From the IMG/VR virus record IMGVR_UViG_3300009408_000009: a stretch of 64,000 nt of DNA; one strand, written 5' to 3'. Positions 50,181 through 60,736 of this stretch are shown piece after piece. The translations under genes and the position numbers were made by a program. Each line of letters opens with the position of its first letter. Position 1 is the first letter of the stretch. Origin of the DNA: an uncultured virus (IMG/VR IMGVR_UViG_3300009408_000009) (lineage: Duplodnaviria; Heunggongvirae; Uroviricota; Caudoviricetes). The notes beneath the pieces are model-generated. The model was not told the DNA's origin. It did no database searches and saw only the letters and a program-made list of their open reading frames with translations.

Positions 50181-51110
50181 TTAAGCAATTCGATATAGCT
50201 CGTATCGTTTCTTTGGTTTCCAATTTTTTAAAGTAAAATCAATACCGTTAACTAGTTGTTTACACATATTCTCACTATTTAATCCACCGTTATTAAGCAT
50301 CCATTTTCTACCGTTCTCACCAGCTTTTGTTCTTTCTTCGAGTGTTTTATCATACCAATACCTAATTGCATCAGCTACATCGTGTACGTCAACTTTATCA
50401 TCGATTATGTATGGAGTTGGTACTGAACCTATCATTGTTTGAACTTTTGGCCATACGGGCTTTACCCATTCACCGTGTTTTACTTTATTTTGCCACTTTC
50501 TGTAATTATGAAGTGACCCAATATCAACATAATCATCAGCTGTAAATTCCACGTTCGTTTCGGTAACAGTTTTACCTGCTGTGTCAATATCTCGTTTAAA
50601 CCCGCATTGGTCTTGTAATCCGCCGGTAACGTTTACTATGATTGGTACACCTGCCATTAAACTTTCTGCAGTTGTTAATCCAAATCCTTCATTACCTGCA
50701 ATATTTATTGTTACATCAGCTAAATTATAGATATAATTTAATTTTGTTTGTTCAACTCGTTCGGTTGAAAATAATATATTGTAATTAGGACAAATAGATT
50801 CTTTAACTTTTATTAAATTAGTTCCATTGTTATCGATAGGATTTGTATGCATTATTAAACATACTGAATCTCTATCTTTTTCTGGTAATTCATCTACAAA
50901 TTTAGAATATGCCCAAATTACATCGGATGGTTGTTTTCTTTTTATATTTCGACTCATCCAAAATAATACAAATTTATATTTTTTATCACCAAAAGCTTGT
51001 TTTCTAAATTCGCTAGGTACTGTAACTGGTTTGAATATATCGGAATTAATTCCGTGCGGTACATATGTTATTATTATTGGATGTTTTTTATTGTTTCCTA
51101 TTGATTTCAT
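50181..51110 (-). CDS. GT4 glycosyltransferase, C-terminal half
   Basis: YVPHGI, RNIKRK, NEGFGL, TGGLQDQ. Confidence 0.8.
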   Translation of the reverse strand: MKSIGNNKKHPIIITYVPHGINSDIFKPVTVPSEFRKQAFGDKKYKFVLFWMSRNIKRKQPSDVIWAYSKFVDELPEKDRDSVCLIMHTNPIDNNGTNLIKVKESICPNYNILFSTERVEQTKLNYIYNLADVTINIAGNEGFGLTTAESLMAGVPIIVNVTGGLQDQCGFKRDIDTAGKTVTETNVEFTADDYVDIGSLHNYRKWQNKVKHGEWVKPVWPKVQTMIGSVPTPYIIDDKVDVHDVADAIRYWYDKTLEERTKAGENGRKWMLNNGGLNSENMCKQLVNGIDFTLKNWKPKKRYELYRIA

Positions 51111-51119
51111 TTATAAAAA

Positions 51120-51731
51120 TTATTTTGAATTATTTGTTGGATGAATAATTTTTAATTCATCACCAAATTTATCTGTTACCACTCTAGTTGTCATTCCGTA
51201 TGTTTGTTTACTAATGCAAAATAATGAATCACAACTTGCATAATATTCTGCATTATATTTTGGATCTCCTGCAAATCTATCTTCGGGCGCGCCTACATTA
51301 TCCCATATAGTATAATACATGATTGGTATAGTTTCACGTATTTCTGATGCCATATCATAAAGCCAGCGCCAATACCGCGGGTCGGTAAAATGCAATATTG
51401 CAGATGGGTTGTAATTCATTATTAATTGACGAAGTATAGTTGGGTCACCATATCCGGCCCATGGAATAATTCGTAAAAATGCATCCTTAACACCAGTGTG
51501 TGTACTAACATCAGCATCTAAATTCAATACCTTACCTCGTTCGGGATGATTAACCGCAGCTCCTAATTGTATAATATTAAATCTGTGTATTATACCAACT
51601 GCTAATTCTTTTGAAGCCGTTGCTATTCCACTACTTATTCTTAAATCATCGCTGAGTAGTAATATAGTTTTTCGTTTATCTTTAGGTAATACTGGTGTTC
51701 CGTTTCTTAAATCACCTATGTTATATTCCAT
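51120..51731 (-). CDS. GT4 glycosyltransferase, N-terminal half
   Basis: ILLLSDDLR-x-SSG, HFTDPRYW, IWD, ISKQT. Confidence 0.75.
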   Translation of the reverse strand: MEYNIGDLRNGTPVLPKDKRKTILLLSDDLRISSGIATASKELAVGIIHRFNIIQLGAAVNHPERGKVLNLDADVSTHTGVKDAFLRIIPWAGYGDPTILRQLIMNYNPSAILHFTDPRYWRWLYDMASEIRETIPIMYYTIWDNVGAPEDRFAGDPKYNAEYYASCDSLFCISKQTYGMTTRVVTDKFGDELKIIHPTNNSK

Positions 51732-51877
51732 TCATTTTTTATTTTTAATTTATTATGTATAATTCAGTTTTAAATCTGTTGGTATATTTTGAGTTTTTAT
51801 ATAAGCATCTAGTATTAGATAATATTTGTAAATTATATTATCATAAAATATATAAGTTTAGATATATCTTTATTTTT

Positions 51878-52084
51878 TTAAAATCCAGAACCGCTTACTT
51901 GTAGTTCAGTATATTCATTTATTTCATTTCTATATGTTTCATCAGTAACATACTTATGTAATGTTCTGTTTGTAATTCGTTGTAGTGTAACGCCAGATGT
52001 AAATGATATATATTTAAATTGTGCATAAATATCTTTAATAATTTTTACAGTCGTAAGTTTTGTTTGAGTTTCGTTTGATTTCAT
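51878..52084 (-). CDS. Small DNA-binding-like protein (probable start MKSNETQ)
   Basis: LTTVKI...LQRITNRTL pattern. Confidence 0.5.
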   Translation of the reverse strand: MKSNETQTKLTTVKIIKDIYAQFKYISFTSGVTLQRITNRTLHKYVTDETYRNEINEYTELQVSGSGF

Positions 52085-52140
52085 TAGATTACTCCCTATT
52101 AATATATATATAAATATATAAAAAAATAAAAAACAATAAT

Positions 52141-52995
52141 TTATTTCCATGAATCACAATGAGTACCTTTAAATACACACCAATCACATAATCGAGATGG
52201 CTTTGCAGGATATCCAGTAAGTCTACGATTTCCGTTTTCATCAAATACTGTATCTACAAATTCCATAAAAAGTTTCCATGCAGCATTTATAGATGGGCTA
52301 CCATTTGCAGGTGCAAACTTTGATACTCGTGGTATTGGATACTCTAAATCAGTACGAACTTTTCGCTTTAATATGTGATATTCCACTCTAATATCATTTA
52401 AAGGTATGTTGTACTTTTCAGAATATAATTTTTTATAAATTAAAATTTGTGAAGTTTTTATTTTACTTGCTTTATCCCATTTAGACCACCCTTTGGTTGA
52501 AGTTTTTAAATCTACAATTATTGTTTTACCTGATATTTTATCTAATAATACAATATCAATCATTCCAATAAAATCTACTCCGTGCTTTATTTCATCAGTT
52601 AATTTTAATTCAATTCCTTTTAATTCATAACCTGATTTTGGATAAAATTTATTTAATTTATTAATAAGATACTGTAATGTTCTTCTACCATCACCATAAA
52701 ATTCTTCTAATTCTAATTGTGTACATGGTAATTGGTCATTCATTCGTTTTTGCTCTTTCAAAAAATTACGTTTCATGTTTCCCAATAACTGAACGTCTAA
52801 ATCTATTTCTAACGCTTTCTTTTTGGATTCGCCATACATTATTTCTAAAAAATCTTGTATGGTTTCGTGCATCGAAACTCCGTATATTAAATGGATGTTT
52901 GATTCATATTTACCAAGTCTATCAACATAATTTAATTTATATTTTTTTGGACAGGTTGACCAAGTACTTAACTGTGAATAACTTACTTTACTCAT
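52141..52995 (-). CDS. PD-(D/E)XK exonuclease (RecB/Cas4-like)
   Basis: SYSQL...CP, GMIDIV, IVDLKT, Q-x3-Y, LCDWC-x6-C. Confidence 0.85.
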   Translation of the reverse strand: MSKVSYSQLSTWSTCPKKYKLNYVDRLGKYESNIHLIYGVSMHETIQDFLEIMYGESKKKALEIDLDVQLLGNMKRNFLKEQKRMNDQLPCTQLELEEFYGDGRRTLQYLINKLNKFYPKSGYELKGIELKLTDEIKHGVDFIGMIDIVLLDKISGKTIIVDLKTSTKGWSKWDKASKIKTSQILIYKKLYSEKYNIPLNDIRVEYHILKRKVRTDLEYPIPRVSKFAPANGSPSINAAWKLFMEFVDTVFDENGNRRLTGYPAKPSRLCDWCVFKGTHCDSWK

Positions 52996-53095
52996 ATATT
53001 TTAATTCTAATTTAGCTTATAAAGATACGAAAAAAAAATGAGATATACAAGTTTTATCTCATATTTCTCATATTTTTAAGAAAGAAAAATATTTA

Positions 53096-53530
53096 TTATA
53101 AATTATCTAAATCTTTACTCATGTTAGTAAACTCATTAACAGTATTAATATTTTGTTTAGGTTTTGCAGATTTTGGCTTTAAACTTTGTATATATTTATA
53201 TCTTAACTCTGCTAACTGTGTACGTTCTTTTTCTGAATATCTACCTCTATCTAATATTATATCTATAAAGTAAGGGGGGGTTATATAAAGTTCATTTTTT
53301 ATTTTAATTAATAAATCACTGGTTTGCGAAGTTAATAAAAATGGATAAGCTATCATGAAACGAGTTTTTGCCGCGTTTAATATTGGTGGTGGAAATAGGG
53401 TACTTTTTTTTATATTTTTACTAAGTTTATTCTTTTTAATTTTTAATTTCGTGGGATGCGTAGTAATAAATTTGTATAATACATAGCATAAAACTGAAAC
53501 TATTAGTACTATAAATAATAATCTAATCAT
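53096..53530 (-). CDS. Membrane-anchored protein with a small-family-like C-domain
   Basis: N-terminal TM; ILDRGRYSEKERTQLAELRYKY. Confidence 0.55.
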   Translation of the reverse strand: MIRLLFIVLIVSVLCYVLYKFITTHPTKLKIKKNKLSKNIKKSTLFPPPILNAAKTRFMIAYPFLLTSQTSDLLIKIKNELYITPPYFIDIILDRGRYSEKERTQLAELRYKYIQSLKPKSAKPKQNINTVNEFTNMSKDLDNL

Positions 53531-53892
53531 GCTAATAAATTTATTTGTTTTTTATATTTTTTAAATTGGGTTCGTGCTTTATCAATTTTTTTCTTTGCTG
53601 CTTGTATAGATATTCTATCAGTTGGATATGCATATGAAGCTAGTTCCATAATATCATCGGTTGTATTAAATTCGAAATTCTTAATAACTTCTATTTTAAT
53701 CCAATTATCATCGTCATCCTTTTTTCGTTTACACGTTAAATTAATATTCAAAATTTTACAAAACCCTATATTTTCGTTAAAAAATATTCCTTTATTTTTG
53801 TAGTTATCAATATATTGTCTATTTTTATTAGTTATTTCAATATCAGAATTACTATTAAATATCTTTAATTTTAAAATTTCATCTTGTTTCAT
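53527..53892 (-). CDS. Hypothetical protein
   Basis: Overlapping ORF. Confidence 0.55.
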   Translation of the reverse strand: MKQDEILKLKIFNSNSDIEITNKNRQYIDNYKNKGIFFNENIGFCKILNINLTCKRKKDDDDNWIKIEVIKNFEFNTTDDIMELASYAYPTDRISIQAAKKKIDKARTQFKKYKKQINLLA

Positions 53893-54476
53893 TATGGAAT
53901 ATATAATATGGTTAAACTATTTTTTTTAATTTCAACATCTGGATATTTTTTTTTGAATTGGTCTATTCTAAACGGTTTAGTAATAAGATGATACCCAGTT
54001 TTTGTATGAACTGTTCCTATTGATTTATTAGTAAACCTATTTGGTTCAATTTCATCAATATACCGTATCATATCTAAGTCAGTTTTAAATGCATCATCAA
54101 TATCTAGTATCCAATACTGGTCGCCATTATTCACATTACCACCAGAAACCTTTTGATATGTATTTTGAACATTTTTAAATTCGTTACTACATAATTGATT
54201 TGACAATTTTTTTAATGTTCCATACGCAGTTTTCTTAAAACTTTTACGATTTAAGTTAATATAAGTTCTTCCATTATATAATTTACTTAATGTAACAAAT
54301 TCATCTATTAATGATTTTAAATGGGTTATTGATGTAATTTGATACGAACTAATAATATTCGAATTGCGATTAATACCAGAATTATCTTTTTTACGTTGCA
54401 GTACTGCAACGTAATAAAAATCATCTTCGGTTTCCCATTTCAAGTATGGAATTATATATTTTAAATTGTTTACCAT
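53892..54476 (-). CDS. Conserved phage hypothetical protein
   Basis: QRKKD, WILDID, TKTGYHLIT motifs. Confidence 0.6.
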   Translation of the reverse strand: MVNNLKYIIPYLKWETEDDFYYVAVLQRKKDNSGINRNSNIISSYQITSITHLKSLIDEFVTLSKLYNGRTYINLNRKSFKKTAYGTLKKLSNQLCSNEFKNVQNTYQKVSGGNVNNGDQYWILDIDDAFKTDLDMIRYIDEIEPNRFTNKSIGTVHTKTGYHLITKPFRIDQFKKKYPDVEIKKNSLTILYIP

Positions 54477-54671
54477 TTTTATTTTAAATTTGAAAAAAAG
54501 TTTCTCATATAATGATATAAATTGTCAGTCGTATCCTTTGATGCCGTTTGTTGAACTATCGCTGCCTAAAGGAAGTGGTTTTCTTTTGAAAGCCAGATAA
54601 AATTATCTGGAGTAGAATTAATTCGTAATCCATTAATAAATTGTTCTGTTATTTCTGGTTTCATACGTTAC

Positions 54672-55205
54672 TTATTTTTTGATTATTGAAACCCCATTAT
54701 ATTTAGATGCTAATACTGTTGCTTTATATTTTGATAACGTTTTAGCTCTATCAATGTTTGTTGTTCCAAAACAACTATGACCATGTGTTGATTTAATATA
54801 TGAATTATTGTAATTATTAAGTTGAACCACGTACTCTTTTTTTGAAGATAATGATTTTAATCCAGCAACTAAACGTGTTTTAAACTCTGTATTAAACCAT
54901 TTATATTTTGTTTGTAGTTCTTTAGAATATGCATTTGGAGCTAAATGTATATGATAATAATCAATAGTTTTATCACAACCGCCACCAAATTTCATATCTT
55001 TAACAAGGGTATCAACAAAACATAATTTTTCGGTTGAATGATTTAATTGAATCATACCGCCATGTATTTCATTATATAGTTCATCAATTGGTATAGGTGG
55101 TATCCAATAATTACTACGTGGAACAACATTATTATCACCACCTTTTACTTTAAATGTTTTTAAATCTTTACTAAAACTGATTGAATTTGCTATAAAATAA
55201 CTCAT
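54672..55205 (-). CDS. Hypothetical protein
   Basis: ORF with an upstream promoter-like box. Confidence 0.6.
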   Translation of the reverse strand: MSYFIANSISFSKDLKTFKVKGGDNNVVPRSNYWIPPIPIDELYNEIHGGMIQLNHSTEKLCFVDTLVKDMKFGGGCDKTIDYYHIHLAPNAYSKELQTKYKWFNTEFKTRLVAGLKSLSSKKEYVVQLNNYNNSYIKSTHGHSCFGTTNIDRAKTLSKYKATVLASKYNGVSIIKK

Positions 55206-55285
55206 AATTTATTATATTTAAGGTTTAATTATTTCGTTTTACATAGTAAATGTACAAAAAATAATTGATATATACTAATTAAATC

Positions 55286-56038
55286 TTATTTATTTTTAAT
55301 AATTTTAATTTTAGAAACATAATACTCTCCAAATATGTTTTTTTTGTCTGAACGGTATATTTTAACTAATTTATTTTTTATTCTAAATGATTTATTTTTT
55401 TCATTCAAAGGTAAATAATATGAATATCCATTGTACCACAATTTTTTAATTTTAAAATCAGGTTCAAGTTCAAAATTTCCAACATTTGTTCTAAATTCTT
55501 TATATTCATCATCTAGAATGTTTGATTCTATTACAAGTTCTAATATACCGTTATTAGCAAATTCTTTTTTAATTTTTTCTAGTTTTTTAATATTTTTCAA
55601 TGCATCTTTAGACATCAAAGTTCCATCCCAAATACACATATTAGAATCTAATTCGGTTACACGTTTTTTTGCTATTTCACAATCGGCATCAGATGAATAC
55701 CAATTTAAATAGTTAATATCGGTAGATTCTGTAATTAATTTACCTTTATACTTACCGTATTTAAACTGATTATCATCATAAGTTGGAGTTTCAAACATTT
55801 CGGTTGAATTCCAAGAATTATGCTTTCCTTTTAAATCTTCATCCACAGTTAAATCAGTACATCCTAACTTAGTAGCTTTTTTCTTAGCTTCTAATTCAGT
55901 CATAGATAAATTTCTATAATATATAAAATGTGTAGTTGTGTGAGATTTGTAAGTTTTACCGTTAAAAGAATTATAAAAATCTTCGGTAGTTACATCCCAT
56001 AAAGTAAAATATTTATTTGTAAATCCAATTTTTAACAT
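55286..56038 (-). CDS. Hypothetical protein with an FKYGKYKG...YLNW motif
   Basis: Short FGKYKG-type module; promoter-like box upstream. Confidence 0.65.
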   Translation of the reverse strand: MLKIGFTNKYFTLWDVTTEDFYNSFNGKTYKSHTTTHFIYYRNLSMTELEAKKKATKLGCTDLTVDEDLKGKHNSWNSTEMFETPTYDDNQFKYGKYKGKLITESTDINYLNWYSSDADCEIAKKRVTELDSNMCIWDGTLMSKDALKNIKKLEKIKKEFANNGILELVIESNILDDEYKEFRTNVGNFELEPDFKIKKLWYNGYSYYLPLNEKNKSFRIKNKLVKIYRSDKKNIFGEYYVSKIKIIKNK

Positions 56039-56327
56039 AGTATAATTTTAAAATTCATTATTACATAGTAAATGTACAAAAAAAAAGTGAGAAATCCTAC
56101 TGAAATCTCACTTTTATTTATTTTGGTTTGGTATGATTAGCTAAATATCTCTATTATTAACTATCTGAATATATTTTACATTATGTGCATGCACATCCTG
56201 CCAATTAGAATCATTTACATTTGTTTTATAATATACTTTACCTTCACCTATTTTTATTTGTTCACATCTAATTTCAAGTTTGAAATCGGTTTTAATTATT
56301 AATTGCATATCGTATTATTTATTATGT

Positions 56328-56669
56328 TTAAAAAAATTTATTTGTTTCTGGATAATATTTATCTAAAAGTTCAAGTAAAATCTGGCCATGACAATGTAAT
56401 TTATGTCTATCTTTTAATTCAAAGTGACCACACCAGCAACCGAGTGTTTTACCTTTTAATTCGTGTAAATCCTTTAAAAGATGCGTTCCGTCACCAAATA
56501 AAATATAATCTCTATATTTTTCAATTGCTTCTTTTCTAGTGGGAACAACATATTTTGCCAAAGTATCGTTATTTTTAAGATGTGTGTACGGATTTCCCCA
56601 TTTTGAAGGACGTGCAATATACACATCATAATTTTCTTTATTTATGTGTACTACTTTTGCTTTGGTCAT
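56328..56669 (-). CDS. DUF4326-like protein
   Basis: DVYIARPSKWGNP, LGCWC, CHG. Confidence 0.8.
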   Translation of the reverse strand: MTKAKVVHINKENYDVYIARPSKWGNPYTHLKNNDTLAKYVVPTRKEAIEKYRDYILFGDGTHLLKDLHELKGKTLGCWCGHFELKDRHKLHCHGQILLELLDKYYPETNKFF

Positions 56670-56877
56670 TAGCTAATTTTAATATTTCTCTCACAAATAT
56701 TTCAGCTGATTTAGTCGTATTACCTTCAAAATCCAACTTACCATCTTTTTCAAAAAATTTACCGAGTATAATACCATTATTTACACTTGCAACTGTGATG
56801 AATAATGACTGATTTTTAAACGGTTTCAATGAAAGTATCGAGATACCGTCACCTATTATTTTGTTATCTGGTTTCAT
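56638..56877 (-). CDS. Hypothetical protein
   Basis: Overlapping ORF. Confidence 0.5.
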   Translation of the reverse strand: MKPDNKIIGDGISILSLKPFKNQSLFITVASVNNGIILGKFFEKDGKLDFEGNTTKSAEIFVREILKLANDQSKSSTHK

Positions 56878-56878
56878 A

Positions 56879-57346
56879 TTACTTAATTTTTAAACGAAGT
56901 TTTACAATTTCTTTTTTCTCAATTCCATATTTTTCACAAATATATTTTATATGAGTTCTACCTTCTTTTGTTGAATATAAAATCTCGCAATAATCAGTAG
57001 CTTCACGCAATGAGCATAAATACTCTTGTTTAATTAACTTAACTAACCATGGTTCATATTTAGTTTCTGTTTTTCCTTTAATATAACGGTTATAATGATT
57101 TCCACGAGGTATTAACCCTATTAATACAAGATAAAGTTGTTTAGGTTTTAAAATCTGAGTATATGGTTGTATCGTAGCTATAAGGTCTACCCAATCTGTG
57201 TTCATTGATAAAAATCGATGAATCATAAAATTGTTCCAAACTTTTATATCGCTTTCTGACAATGTATCAAAATAATTCGGATCTTGTTCTGATGTTATTG
57301 CTTTGATGTGAGAAAATAACGTTTTTGGTTTATGTATTGCACTCAT
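56879..57346 (-). CDS. Clamp-loader small subunit (gp62-like)
   Basis: FMIHRFLSM motif and helical pattern; near the RFC and clamp genes. Confidence 0.6.
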   Translation of the reverse strand: MSAIHKPKTLFSHIKAITSEQDPNYFDTLSESDIKVWNNFMIHRFLSMNTDWVDLIATIQPYTQILKPKQLYLVLIGLIPRGNHYNRYIKGKTETKYEPWLVKLIKQEYLCSLREATDYCEILYSTKEGRTHIKYICEKYGIEKKEIVKLRLKIK

Positions 57347-57676
57347 TTATTTATTTTTTTGTGATTTTCCAGCAAATTTACCGATAACTAATATGGATTC
57401 TGTATTTTTTACTTGATACCAATTTCGTGATAATAAATTTTTAATATATGGATATACAATTCTATTAAGCGGTCTTTTTAATGATTTTGATGCAATTACC
57501 ACGTGTTTCCAGCCCTCTTGAAGTTCATCGTATGTTAATATTTTTTGATGTTCACCCTCTTGCACATGGTTATAAAATGAATATGCAACAGAATATACTC
57601 CATGCTTTTTGCCTTCGGTTTCCCAACACATATCTGAACCTGCGCATCCACCACTATGATTTGTATAATTAATCAT
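57347..57676 (-). CDS. Hypothetical protein, probably truncated
   Basis: HSGGCAGSD, RNWYQV. Confidence 0.5.
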   Translation of the reverse strand: MINYTNHSGGCAGSDMCWETEGKKHGVYSVAYSFYNHVQEGEHQKILTYDELQEGWKHVVIASKSLKRPLNRIVYPYIKNLLSRNWYQVKNTESILVIGKFAGKSQKNK

Positions 57677-57692
57677 ATATTTTAATTTATAA

Positions 57693-57944
57693 TCATTTTA
57701 AATTCTTTAATTGGTCTGGTAATAATTCTTCACAAATCTCACCACAATCTGAACAGCAATATACTTCTATTGGTATAATTGCATCTTTTGCAGTTCCAGT
57801 TAATAATTTAGATATTTTTCTAAATTTCATAGCTGGCATGAATACTTCGCAATCACATTTTGCACATTTGATTGCTTTTGATTTTTTAATATCTATTGAT
57901 TGTTTTCCTTGTGTTGATGGATTCATTCCTATTAGTTTTCCCAT
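57693..57944 (-). CDS. Zinc-finger protein
   Basis: CAKC...CSDCG. Confidence 0.65.
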   Translation of the reverse strand: MGKLIGMNPSTQGKQSIDIKKSKAIKCAKCDCEVFMPAMKFRKISKLLTGTAKDAIIPIEVYCCSDCGEICEELLPDQLKNLK

Positions 57945-58151
57945 TTTTTATATAATTTTAATTGTTTCCGTATCGTTTAATTAAATCCCTTACTAATTCA
58001 GACAAATAAGGTTCTATATTATTAGTATAAGTTATTACTGCTTTTCTGCATGTCTTAATATGATTTGGATCTTTTCCAAATTTATCCAATCTCAATACAA
58101 AGTATTCTGCTCTTGGATCAGTTGGTTTCGCTTTCTGTTGGTATTTTTATT

Positions 58152-59615
58152 TTATGATGATGTTATTCCGATTATATTTATCAAAGTCGCGATAAATGTG
58201 ATTTCTTTGTCAATGACTAATGAATCTTTGTATTGTCCTTCTGATAATAATAAAATTATTGCTGCAGTTTGTCCTTTTCCGTAATCCTCTACTTTTTCAT
58301 ACAAATACGTATAAAAATCCGAAAAGTCTTGTATGCGAGAATCCGCAATAGCTTGTCTAATTTTTTTATATTTGTTTTGTTTAGTTTCGTTTGAAGATAA
58401 TAATTTTATTACTTTAGTTTTAACATCAGAATCTAATACAGTATTTGTATCAATCTTTAATTCTCCATTGCTTGAATTTAGTTGACACGTATTGATAATT
58501 TTTCTAATATCTGGATACGATGCATCAATAATTGGTACTAAATCTTTAAGATTAAACTTTATTTTTTCAGCAGTTAATATTTTAGCTACTTGAACTGCAA
58601 CATCACGCTTAGTTGGTGGTATTACTTGAAATGTTTGACATCTTGATTGTATTGGTTGAATTACTTTTTCAACATAATTACACGTTAAAATAAATCTACA
58701 ATGATTTGAAAATGTTTCCATCAAATTACGCAACATTGCTTGTGCATCTGGCGTCATATAATCAAATTCATCTAATATAATTATTTTTTTATCTCTGAAC
58801 CCAACCGTTGATGCAAATCCTTTTACTTTATTACGAATAGTATCTACCCCACGTTCATCAGATGCATTAATAATTATATAATCACATTTAACATTATTTA
58901 CTATTAATTTTGCTAATGTTGTATTATGACAAATCACACCACTGCTTGTTATATATTCGTGAGGTGAATCTAATGAAAAATCATATACATACTTCGCATC
59001 ATCTGGCATTATTAATTTTAATTTTTTTATACCATAAATAGTATCAACATCATACACATCCTTAATATGAACAAAGTTTCCGTGTGAACTAACTAAATGA
59101 TTTTTATCACACGTTATAGATATATTATCATCAAATACATATCTATTTACTTCGCCATACTTTTTAACTAAATAATTAACATTTTTATATTGATTATATT
59201 GGTTTTTTATTGTTAAATATCTATCAATCTTAGCTGGTTCAGACAACCCAATATCTAATAAATTAAGAAATTTAAATAATTCACCAACAGGTAATCTAAA
59301 TTCGGTTTCTATAACCTTATTTGTTTCTTTTAAATTAGCAAATTCTTTGTTTCTTTCGTATTTTTTTAATATTTGGTATTCATCATCTGATACACGCATT
59401 TTTATATCAATCAATTCAGAATAATCTAAACATTTACCTGTGCCAGCTTTACCAAATAGTAAAAGATGCGGTATATCAGATGTTTCGATATATCCTGCAA
59501 CTTTTTCCTTTAAATGAGGATTACCTATATATTCAGATAACATAGTTGGTCTCCAACGTTCACACCATAAACTGTTATCTTGTTGTGTTTTTTGTTTTTC
59601 TTCAAAAAATCCCAT
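58152..59615 (-). CDS. RFC/gp44-like clamp-loader ATPase containing an intein
   Basis: W-x-E-x-WRP, GKAGTGK[intein]TT, INASDERG, ILDEFD, SRC. Confidence 0.93.
   Translation of the reverse strand: MGFFEEKQKTQQDNSLWCERWRPTMLSEYIGNPHLKEKVAGYIETSDIPHLLLFGKAGTGKCLDYSELIDIKMRVSDDEYQILKKYERNKEFANLKETNKVIETEFRLPVGELFKFLNLLDIGLSEPAKIDRYLTIKNQYNQYKNVNYLVKKYGEVNRYVFDDNISITCDKNHLVSSHGNFVHIKDVYDVDTIYGIKKLKLIMPDDAKYVYDFSLDSPHEYITSSGVICHNTTLAKLIVNNVKCDYIIINASDERGVDTIRNKVKGFASTVGFRDKKIIILDEFDYMTPDAQAMLRNLMETFSNHCRFILTCNYVEKVIQPIQSRCQTFQVIPPTKRDVAVQVAKILTAEKIKFNLKDLVPIIDASYPDIRKIINTCQLNSSNGELKIDTNTVLDSDVKTKVIKLLSSNETKQNKYKKIRQAIADSRIQDFSDFYTYLYEKVEDYGKGQTAAIILLLSEGQYKDSLVIDKEITFIATLINIIGITSS
58923..59432 (-). 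mobile_element. 170-aa mini-intein in Walker A
   Basis: Begins CL, block B TCDKNH, block F VYDF, ends HN before Thr; no endonuclease domain. Confidence 0.9.
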
Positions 59616-59617
59616 TA

Positions 59618-60169
59618 TTATATATTTTTTATTATGAATGGTGATTGTACACCACCACTAAATTTTTCTGCTGTTTCTAATGCTCTAATTATTCTATCTT
59701 TTGCAGAATAAGTTTGCATAGAACGTGTTTTTGATGAATTGTATAATGAACCTTTAGCATATTCTTCACCGCATCCAACTGAATCATACTCATCAACTGA
59801 TTCTCCTACTTGAAAATCTGAACCTATTTTAAATAATCTTCCTTGATATCCAACTAAAAATATACCGCCTTTCTCATCGCCATCACTATATTTTTGTAAA
59901 AAACCGCCTTTACTAAAACATTTGCGTACTGCTTTAATAAAATCGGTACACATATATTCATATATGTCTTTATTACCTCGTTTTTTTACTTTTAACGAAA
60001 ATTGCAATAATTCAATCATTCTAAAACTAGAAGTACAACCAATTACAAAATCGCCAGTTATAAATACTTTTGGATCTTTTCTAATAACTACATCTAACCC
60101 AGCAACTCCTGCAGAATCAGCTCCTATAATAACTTTTTCTTTATCAATAATTCCTACTATACACGTCAT
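59618..60169 (-). CDS. HslV/proteasome beta-like Ntn hydrolase
   Basis: MTCIVG, GADS, K33-equivalent, SVGCG. Confidence 0.75.
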   Translation of the reverse strand: MTCIVGIIDKEKVIIGADSAGVAGLDVVIRKDPKVFITGDFVIGCTSSFRMIELLQFSLKVKKRGNKDIYEYMCTDFIKAVRKCFSKGGFLQKYSDGDEKGGIFLVGYQGRLFKIGSDFQVGESVDEYDSVGCGEEYAKGSLYNSSKTRSMQTYSAKDRIIRALETAEKFSGGVQSPFIIKNI

Positions 60170-60170
60170 A

Positions 60171-60413
60171 TTAATGTAATTTAGTTAAACCATCATGCCA
60201 ATTTGAATATGGAATTTTTTTTAAAGATACCGATAAGTCCTTATGTTTATCCCAAAAACTATTATAAATTGATCTATCTTTACGTTCCTCTTCAGTACTA
60301 ATTTCAACTAATTCTGTAAAAATATTATATAAATCAATTTTAGTTATTTTATGTTTTATAAAGTTATCAATAGCTGTAGAAAACTGTGTATATATTAATT
60401 CTCTATGTCCCAT
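60171..60413 (-). CDS. Hypothetical protein
   Basis: ORF overlapping the groES stop. Confidence 0.5.
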   Translation of the reverse strand: MGHRELIYTQFSTAIDNFIKHKITKIDLYNIFTELVEISTEEERKDRSIYNSFWDKHKDLSVSLKKIPYSNWHDGLTKLH

Positions 60414-60736
60414 TATAACGAATCTACCATTAATAAATCTTGTTCTCTAAATAAAAGATATTCTTTATCATCAACTTTAATTTTATCGCCTATCATATCC
60501 TTTTTATATAATACCATATCACCTGGTTTTACAGTCATTGGAATTTTTATACCACTTTGAGTATATATTCCATCTCCTACCATTAATACCTTACCGAATA
60601 CGGTTGTACCTCGTGTAACTGAATCAGTCAGTATAATACCACCTTTACTTTTTATTTCGCCTTTTCCAGCAAATTCTACTAGTACTCTATCGCCTAATGG
60701 TTTTAATTTTTTTCTCATATTATTTTGTTTCTTCAT
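60413..60736 (-). CDS. groES: Co-chaperonin GroES
   Basis: LKPLGDRVLV, GGIIL, VKPGD-x-V. Confidence 0.9.
   Translation of the reverse strand: MKKQNNMRKKLKPLGDRVLVEFAGKGEIKSKGGIILTDSVTRGTTVFGKVLMVGDGIYTQSGIKIPMTVKPGDMVLYKKDMIGDKIKVDDKEYLLFREQDLLMVDSL

Noticed and set aside
52141..52995. Cas4 of a CRISPR-Cas locus
   Set aside because: It is a solo PD-(D/E)XK nuclease of a kind common in phages; no array, cas1 or cas2 is present.
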